NCBI GenBank assembly: GCA_963701785.1
Contig: CAVPBC010000002.1
Span: 1,365,093-1,429,092 of the forward strand
DNA length: 64,000 nt
Origin: an uncultured Bacteroidales bacterium
Lineage (GTDB): Bacteria; Bacteroidota; Bacteroidia; Bacteroidales; JAGOPY01
Direction: 5' to 3'
Positions 53,320-59,795 of the stretch are shown piece by piece. How positions within the stretch are numbered: position 1 is the first letter of the stretch; each line of letters starts with the position of its first letter. The notes below the pieces were generated by a model. It searched no databases. It had not been told where the DNA came from and saw only the letters and a list, made by a program, of their open reading frames with translations. A program made the position numbers and the translations under genes.

Positions 53320-53930
53320 ACCGCACAACTTTGGAAGAATTAGTATTTGCTATTCCAGCAGACATCCTATGGAAATTATTACCCTATAAAGAAAAGGGGT
53401 TAATAAAGGGAACCGGCGATGTTTTGAACAGGATTGTTCAGAATGGCCTGTTTCGGAAAAGGAGCGAATTGGAAGAAGACCCTTCCTTTAAGCAAATTAT
53501 TCCGTATGCATTGATCTCAAATAAAAAATCATTTTACGTATTCCGGAGAATATCCGGGCAGACAGAGAAAAGATTACACAATAAGCTTCACCTGGGTGTA
53601 GGCGGGCATATGAATCCCGGCAGTTCAAAGGAACCGGGTGAACAGTACCTGGTTAATGAATTAAAAAGAGAATTTTTTGAAGAGGTTCAATTGTTAAATG
53701 GATGTTTAATAGAGGATATAGAATTTATTGGCTTTATCAATGATGATTCTATTTCGGTTGGCCGTGTTCATATAGGACTACTATATAATATCCGTGTATC
53801 AAATAGATATGTTGTTATTAATGAAACGGATAAGATGTCAGCAGAATGGATAGATAAAAAAGATCTGTTTGAATATTACGAAGAAATGGAAACATGGACT
53901 AAAATTGCAATTGATGACTTTATAAAGTGA
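53310..53930 (+). CDS. Nudix-like hydrolase (YmaB-like by recollection), overlapping the thyA stop
   Basis: 206 aa. GVGGHMNPG...E..LVNELKREFFEEVQL approximates a Nudix box with an enlarged loop. GTG start at 53310 overlaps the thyA end by 10 nt; start codon uncertain. Confidence 0.6.
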   Translation: MCINRTTLEELVFAIPADILWKLLPYKEKGLIKGTGDVLNRIVQNGLFRKRSELEEDPSFKQIIPYALISNKKSFYVFRRISGQTEKRLHNKLHLGVGGHMNPGSSKEPGEQYLVNELKREFFEEVQLLNGCLIEDIEFIGFINDDSISVGRVHIGLLYNIRVSNRYVVINETDKMSAEWIDKKDLFEYYEEMETWTKIAIDDFIK

Positions 53931-54007
53931 AGATATACACCAGCATAAAAGTGTAAGCCTCCCCGGACAAGCTTATTTTTGGATCCGATGAACCAAATTG
54001 AAATGAA

Positions 54008-54015
54008 TATGTTTA
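54008..54015 (+). promoter_or_regulatory. possible -7 promoter box (TATGTTTA), conserved with 46661-46668
   Basis: Same octamer and the same 28-nt spacing to ATG 54044, preceded by the conserved GGATCCGATGAACCAAA. Confidence 0.3.
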
Positions 54016-54043
54016 TTCCGTTAATTACTAAAAAAAATTATTT

Positions 54044-55840
54044 ATGAAAAAAGATAATTACGCTAAATCAAGCACATTTAGATCCTACATTTTTGGAATC
54101 ATATTATTGTCATCCATGACGATGTCCATTCATGCCCAGACACTTACGGTTCAATCACCAAATGGTGGGGAGTTTTGGACTTATGGAGGAACAGAAATAG
54201 TCACCTGGACCGGTAACAACCTTAGTAGCATTGTTTCGATACACTTTTCTTATGACGGCGGGACGAACTGGTGGTATTTCGGCGAGGTTCCTTCAGGCCC
54301 CAATGGTGGCAGTGCAACGCTTGGGGTCCCAAATGTTCAAACCACGAATGCAATATTAAAGCTTAGTGATGTCATTAATCCTGTTGCAACCGACATGAGT
54401 GATGAGCCATTTACTGTTTATGTTCCGCCGATCGTCATTTATGCACCTTCTCCGGAATATGCCGTTTTTGCTGGAAGTGATGTATATGTTAACTGGATGC
54501 TGACCGTGGGTGGTATTACTCTTCTAAATGCTGAAATATCGATTGATAATGGTATGACCTATACACCCGTTGCTCAAAACATTAATGCACTGGCGGGGTA
54601 TACCTATCTAAATTTGTCCGATACCCCTGCGGATTTATGTATCCTCAAGCTTTATAACGCTCAGGATCCTTCCGAGTATGGCCTGAGCGAAGTTTTTACA
54701 ATAAGTCCCCTTCCTGTTTATAACCTGGTTACCCCGGCGGCCGGGGAACTTGTCAATACCAACAGCCCTTACACAATCACCTGGACCGTGGAAAATCCTT
54801 ATTCAGCGTATTGCTACCTTGAATACTCCGTAAATAACGGCCAGACCTGGGAGGTTATCAATAATGCAATTAATGAAGGGAATTCAGGTAGTTACGAATG
54901 GTATACGCCAAATGTGGATTCCGAAGAATGCCTGGTCAGGATCACCGATTCCTATGCATTTTCGGAAATGGATACCAGTGGAGTGTTCTCAATATTTACC
55001 TTCCCGGAAACGCCGGTTTGCATGGTCTCCGTTGACAGCCTGACCAACTTTAATGTGATCATCTGGGAAAAGCCTGTTTCTGATATCATAGCCGATTTCC
55101 TGGTTTATAAAGAAACAGATGAAGCCAATGTCTATGAAGTGATTGATACGGTAGGTTATGTGGAAGTAACCATGGTCACCGACTCCGGTTCAAACCCGGC
55201 CATCAGGCCCTATCGGTATAAGATCGGGTTCGTTGATGTCGAAAACAGGCTGTTCCCGGCAGGTGATTACCACCAGACCATTCACCTGACCATCAACCAG
55301 GGAGTGAATGATTCCTGGAACCTGATCTGGACACCTTATACCGGGTTCGATTATTCTTCCTATAAGATCATGCGTAAAACAGATTCTGGCGATTATGAGC
55401 AGATCGCGACCGTTTCGGCCAGTTTCAGTTCATATACTGACTTCAACGCCCCTCCCGGTGAAGTCTTCTATATGGTAAAGATTGAGCACCCTGACGGCTG
55501 CAACCCTGTTACACGCGATGGAGAATATGCCAGTGTATACTCCAATGTAGCCTCGAACAGCATCGTATCGGTTTCCGAAAACAAAGATCCGGACTTCACC
55601 ATTTATCCCATCCCGGCTGATAAGCAACTCAATGTTTCATTCGGTGAAAACATCACCGGTAAGGCCAGGCTTGACATCAGCGATCTAACGGGAAGGGTGG
55701 TATATTCAGAAGATATCAACGATGTTCGTCCCGGACAGGTGCAACCAATCAACAGCTTTGGCTTTAAAGAAGGGATGTATCTGCTGCAATTAACCTGCGG
55801 AGAAAACAGCGCCACCAGGAAGATCGTAGTAAAGCATTAG
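54044..55840 (+). CDS. Asp-box repeat / FN3-like T9SS cargo protein, paralogue 3
   Basis: 598 aa, intact. SYDGGTNW, SIDNGMTY, SVNNGQTW. CTD IYPIPADKQLNVSF...MYLLQLTCGENSATRKIVVKH. Confidence 0.8.
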   Translation: MKKDNYAKSSTFRSYIFGIILLSSMTMSIHAQTLTVQSPNGGEFWTYGGTEIVTWTGNNLSSIVSIHFSYDGGTNWWYFGEVPSGPNGGSATLGVPNVQTTNAILKLSDVINPVATDMSDEPFTVYVPPIVIYAPSPEYAVFAGSDVYVNWMLTVGGITLLNAEISIDNGMTYTPVAQNINALAGYTYLNLSDTPADLCILKLYNAQDPSEYGLSEVFTISPLPVYNLVTPAAGELVNTNSPYTITWTVENPYSAYCYLEYSVNNGQTWEVINNAINEGNSGSYEWYTPNVDSEECLVRITDSYAFSEMDTSGVFSIFTFPETPVCMVSVDSLTNFNVIIWEKPVSDIIADFLVYKETDEANVYEVIDTVGYVEVTMVTDSGSNPAIRPYRYKIGFVDVENRLFPAGDYHQTIHLTINQGVNDSWNLIWTPYTGFDYSSYKIMRKTDSGDYEQIATVSASFSSYTDFNAPPGEVFYMVKIEHPDGCNPVTRDGEYASVYSNVASNSIVSVSENKDPDFTIYPIPADKQLNVSFGENITGKARLDISDLTGRVVYSEDINDVRPGQVQPINSFGFKEGMYLLQLTCGENSATRKIVVKH

Positions 55841-55908
55841 CGGATTAGGGGTTTGCGCCGTCGACTAAAGCCGTCGGTTCAGGCACCTACGGCTGTCTCA
55901 AAAGAATT

Positions 55909-56013
55909 TTAACCACAGAGAAAACAGAGGTTCAGCAGAGGAAACAGAGAAATAAGTATCTGATATTGAATCCTCTGTTTCCTCTGTTTATCCTCTGATA
56001 CCTCTGTGGTTAA
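55909..56013. repeat. 105-bp palindromic intergenic element, TTAACCACAGAG...CTCTGTGGTTAA
   Basis: 12-bp perfect termini. The arms are built from reiterated ACAGAGG/CCTCTGT words. An outer inverted pair GTCTCAAAAG (~55895) / CTTTTGAGAC (~56027) extends the structure to ~55893-56038. Confidence 0.8.
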
Positions 56014-56071
56014 TAAGAAAAATAGACTTTTGAGACGATCTTTCCGGATGGGGGTCTGTGCTCCGACGACT

Positions 56072-56876
56072 AACATTTAAAAATTGCTTTTTATACAGCG
56101 AACGGCCAGGCCACAATTTTTACGGAAATGATTTCTGAAAAGGGCGGTATTGTCATATGACATGCTCCTGTAAAATGCAAATTCAGAATTTTCTTCCGTG
56201 GAAGTCCACCATAAGCCATAATAGCCAAAGTACCAGAAAGGCCCGTCCTTTTGCCGGCTGCCGCCGGGCAATCCTGAGAAGCCGGTTACATTGGTCGCAC
56301 CCGTATTAGGGCTGTGCCAGTAGAGCGTATCGGTTTCTTTCAATTTCCCGCCCGACACCTGTTCACCTCCAAGAAATTCCACCATGATGGTCCAGTCATC
56401 ATCTGTCGGTATGCGCCAACCGTCAGGACAAAGGCCGCGGGGATCATTCAGGGCGTGCCAGTTATACAGGTGCCCGAAAACGGCGGCATTCGGGGAATGG
56501 TTATTTATATCACACCAGGCCCCGGAAAATAATTCATCCCAATCCTTACTGTCCACTACATTGGCTACCATGTCACCATTCCGATAATGGGTTGTATTCA
56601 GGTTCTCCGCCATCCAGACCTGGTTCCCGATAATTATTGTGTGATATACATTGCCGTCAATATCCGTAACAGTCGTTTTGTCTTGTTTGTCACAACAGGG
56701 TAAACAGATTATGATCCCGGTAACAACGACAGCGAATAAAGCCGGAGATAAATAAAACTTCATCGCAGGGAATGATAAATTAAGCCAATATAACGGAAAT
56801 GACCGGGGGCAGCGCCGGTAAAACCACGAATGGTCAATTTGAAATTGCAAATAGAATCAGGACAGGACAGGACAGG
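56072..56876. repeat. 0.8-kb direct repeat, copy A (contains FISUMP gene 1 and its upstream region)
   Basis: Aligns by eye with 58910-59708 with about 16 substitutions. Boundaries run from AACATTTAAAA to the (AGGAC)n tract. Confidence 0.85.
56077..56763 (-). CDS. FISUMP (Fibrobacter succinogenes major paralogous) domain lipoprotein, copy 1
   Basis: ATG at complement of 56761-56763: MKFYLSPALFAVVVTGIIICLPCC. DIDGNVYHTIIIGNQVWMAENL, GHLYNWHA, CPDGWRIPTDDDW, GGKLKE, GFSGLPGG, WWTSTE, AVRCIK. Confidence 0.8.
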   Translation of the reverse strand: MKFYLSPALFAVVVTGIIICLPCCDKQDKTTVTDIDGNVYHTIIIGNQVWMAENLNTTHYRNGDMVANVVDSKDWDELFSGAWCDINNHSPNAAVFGHLYNWHALNDPRGLCPDGWRIPTDDDWTIMVEFLGGEQVSGGKLKETDTLYWHSPNTGATNVTGFSGLPGGSRQKDGPFWYFGYYGLWWTSTEENSEFAFYRSMSYDNTALFRNHFRKNCGLAVRCIKSNF

Positions 56877-57085
56877 CAGTTTAATTAAGCAATTGATCTG
56901 AGGTCCTCGCATTTTTAGGAAACTTCTAAAGTAGGGTTTACCGGGTCATCGGGAGGAGGTCAATTCACCTGCTGTCGGCTAATTCTCTTAATCTTTGTTA
57001 AAAAAGTATTGCTTACGGATGATCCTTCTGAACCATCTGCCCCTGTTCTTGTTTCATTATTTACACCCAAAAAAGCCAACGCGTT

Positions 57086-57952
57086 ATGACACTGCTTAAA
57101 CTTCAGGTTAACAAGATCGTTGAATCAGGGCCTTTCCGTTATTTCATCCTCGGAGTGATCCTGGTGTCAGCTATTATTGTCGGAATTGAAACTTACCCGG
57201 CTTTTTATCAGGAGCATCATTCATTGCTGCATAATATTGACCGCATCATCCTTTTCATTTTTGCCATTGAGATCACTTTGAAGATCCTTGCAAAAGGGAC
57301 CAGGCCATGGGATTTCTTTAAAGATCCCTGGAATGTCTTTGATTTTATTATTGTCGGCGTATGTTTCATTCCCGGCATCGACACCCATTATGTTGCCGTG
57401 TTGCGTCTTGTCAGGGTACTGCGGGTCTTTCGGGTGATCTCCATATTCCCTAAACTGCAGCTTCTGGTAAATGCCCTGCTGAAAAGTATACCATCGATGG
57501 GTTATGTTATCGTCCTGCTGGCTTTGATCTTTTACATCTATGCCGTCATGGGCACATTCCTTTTTGGGATCAAAGATCCTGTTCACTTTGGCAACCTCCA
57601 TATTTCCATGATCACTTTATTCAAGGTGCTTACGCTTGAGGGGTGGACGGACATTATGAACATCCAGTTTTACGGGACCAATGATCCTATGGCTGAATAT
57701 AATTCAAAACCAATTTCTTACTTTTCTTTCATTTATTTTGTCTCCTTTATTCTCCTGGGTGCAATGATTATAATGAACCTGTTTATTGGCGTGATCATGA
57801 ATAGTATGCAGGAGAGTCACCAGGAAATGGAAAAAGAGAAAAAATCAAAGAGTCCTAAGTCTGAAAGTTTCGAAGGAATTATACAGGAATTGGACAGGAA
57901 AATCGATGACTTTAAAAATGATCTATCGAAATTAAAGGATGTGATCAGGTAA
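57086..57952 (+). CDS. single-domain voltage-gated cation channel of the BacNaV family, selectivity filter TLEGWTD
   Basis: 288 aa, 6 TM. S4 VAVLRLVRVLRVFRVISIFPKL (4 Arg at every third position). Pore ITLFKVLTLEGWTDIMN. C-terminal coiled coil IIQELDRKIDDFKNDLSKLKDVI. Confidence 0.85.
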   Translation: MTLLKLQVNKIVESGPFRYFILGVILVSAIIVGIETYPAFYQEHHSLLHNIDRIILFIFAIEITLKILAKGTRPWDFFKDPWNVFDFIIVGVCFIPGIDTHYVAVLRLVRVLRVFRVISIFPKLQLLVNALLKSIPSMGYVIVLLALIFYIYAVMGTFLFGIKDPVHFGNLHISMITLFKVLTLEGWTDIMNIQFYGTNDPMAEYNSKPISYFSFIYFVSFILLGAMIIMNLFIGVIMNSMQESHQEMEKEKKSKSPKSESFEGIIQELDRKIDDFKNDLSKLKDVIR

Positions 57953-57988
57953 CTTTAATCTCATATTAGACAATTAATTCAAAAGAAA

Positions 57989-58903
57989 ATGGAAATAAAC
58001 ATCTGGTTCTGGATAGGTTTCAACGCATTCATCTTATTGATGTTAGCTCTCGACCTTGGAGTCTTTCACAGGAAAGCCCATGAGGTCGGTTTTAAAGAGG
58101 CCATTACCTGGAGTGCGATATGGATTAGCCTTGCATTGGTATTTAACCTGGGAATCTATTATTATTTCGGAAAAGTCAGGGCCGTCGAATTTCTTACAGG
58201 TTATATTATAGAGAAATCGCTTAGTGTTGACAATATTTTTGTTTTTGTGTTAATATTCAGTGCATTCGCAGTGCCTGCAGCCTACCAGCACCGGGTACTT
58301 TTCTGGGGTATACTCGGTGCTTTGATCATGAGGGCAATCTTCATTTTTGCCGGAGTAGCACTCATAAATAAGTTTCACTGGATAATTTATGTCTTCGGAA
58401 TCTTCCTGCTTTACACAGGGGTTAAGATTGCCGTCCAAAAAGGCACCAAGATCAATGTCGAAAATAGCTGGATGCTTAACCTGTTCCGAAAGTATTTTCC
58501 TGTCACAAACAACTATCATGGAGCCAAATTTATTACAAAGATCGAGGGAAAGAAATACGCCACACCCCTGATGCTGGTGCTGATCCTGGTAGAAACCACC
58601 GACCTGATCTTTGCAGTCGACTCTATCCCTGCAATCTTAGCCATTACCGACAATCCGTTCATTGTATATACTTCCAATGTATTTGCCATTCTCGGGCTGC
58701 GGTCATTATATTTCGCGCTTGCTGGGATTTTAAAGTACTTCCATTACCTGCACTATGGCCTGGCAGCAATACTGGTCTTTGTTGGTATCAAGATGCTGAT
58801 CTCAGATTTTTATAAGTTTGATCCTTTTGTTTCATTGGGTATCATAGCCATAATCCTTATTGTGAGTATCGTGTTGTCGATTCTTAAACCTTCAAAGCAC
58901 TAG
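57989..58903 (+). CDS. TerC-family integral membrane protein (Alx-like)
   Basis: 304 aa. YIIEKSLSVDNIFVFVLIF and VETTDLIFAVDSIPAILAIT (duplicated TerC motifs). Starts 36 nt after the channel gene. Confidence 0.85.
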   Translation: MEINIWFWIGFNAFILLMLALDLGVFHRKAHEVGFKEAITWSAIWISLALVFNLGIYYYFGKVRAVEFLTGYIIEKSLSVDNIFVFVLIFSAFAVPAAYQHRVLFWGILGALIMRAIFIFAGVALINKFHWIIYVFGIFLLYTGVKIAVQKGTKINVENSWMLNLFRKYFPVTNNYHGAKFITKIEGKKYATPLMLVLILVETTDLIFAVDSIPAILAITDNPFIVYTSNVFAILGLRSLYFALAGILKYFHYLHYGLAAILVFVGIKMLISDFYKFDPFVSLGIIAIILIVSIVLSILKPSKH

Positions 58904-58909
58904 TGGAAG

Positions 58910-59708
58910 AACATTTAAAATTTGCCTTTTATACAGCGAACGGCCAGGCCACAATTTTTACGGAAATGATTCCTGAAAAGGGCGGTATTGTCATATGACA
59001 TGCTCCTGTAAAATGCAAATTCAGAATTTTCTTCCGTGGATGTCCACCATAAGCCATAATAGCCAAAGTACCAGAAAGGTCCGTCCTTTTGCCGGCTGCC
59101 GCCGGGCAATCCTGAGAAGCCGGTTACATTGGTCGCACCCGTATTAGGGCTGTGCCAGTAGAGCGTATCGGTTTCTTTCAATTTCCCGCCCGACACCTGT
59201 TCACCTCCAAGAAATTCCACCATGATGGTCCAGTCATCATCTGTCGGTATGCGCCAACCGTCAGGACAAAGGCCGCGGGGATCATTCAGGGCGTGCCAGT
59301 TATACAGGTGCCCGAAAACGGCGGCATTCGGGGAATGGTTATTTATATCACACCAGGCCCCGGAAAATAATTCATCCCAATCCCTGCTGTCCACCACATT
59401 GGCTACCATGTCACCATTCCGGTAATGGGTCGTCTTCAGGTTCTCTACCATCCAGACCTGGTTCCCGATAATTACTGTGTGATATACATTGCCGTCAATA
59501 TCCGTAACAGTCGTTTTGTCTTGTTTGTCACAACAGGGTAAACAGATTATGATCCCAGTAACAACGACAGCGAATAAAGCCGGAGATAAATAAAACTTCA
59601 TCGCAGGGAATGATAAATTAAGCCAATATAACGGAAATAACCGGGGGCAGCGCCGGTAAAACAACGAATGGTCAATTTGAAATTACAAATTCAATGAGGA
59701 CAGGACAC
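58910..59708. repeat. 0.8-kb direct repeat, copy B
   Basis: See copy A. Begins 7 nt after the TerC stop. Confidence 0.85.
58915..59601 (-). CDS. FISUMP-domain lipoprotein, copy 2
   Basis: ATG at complement of 59599-59601. The protein differs from copy 1 at a handful of positions (HTVIIG, VENLKT, SRDW, C-terminal KGKF). Confidence 0.8.
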   Translation of the reverse strand: MKFYLSPALFAVVVTGIIICLPCCDKQDKTTVTDIDGNVYHTVIIGNQVWMVENLKTTHYRNGDMVANVVDSRDWDELFSGAWCDINNHSPNAAVFGHLYNWHALNDPRGLCPDGWRIPTDDDWTIMVEFLGGEQVSGGKLKETDTLYWHSPNTGATNVTGFSGLPGGSRQKDGPFWYFGYYGLWWTSTEENSEFAFYRSMSYDNTALFRNHFRKNCGLAVRCIKGKF

Positions 59709-59795
59709 CTGGTGGATGAATAAATCTGTTTACTTCAAGCCATCCATATTTAGGCATATTATTACTATATTTAATCCAACCAAAAACCTCAACTT

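Noticed and set aside
46696-55840. Diversity-generating retroelement as the source of variation in the three paralogues
   Set aside because: There is no reverse transcriptase ORF and no template/variable repeat pair with adenine-specific mismatches in the window. The differences are spread over whole modules and all base types, which fits recombination better.
56880-57085. Possible Mn2+ (yybP-ykoY) riboswitch upstream of the channel-TerC pair, given TerC/Alx genes are often riboswitch-controlled
   Set aside because: I could not recognise the conserved four-way-junction sequence features by eye, and TerC is not the first gene. This needs a covariance-model scan (Rfam) before any claim. The only notable string is CTTCTAAAGTAGGG, also found at 51887-51900.
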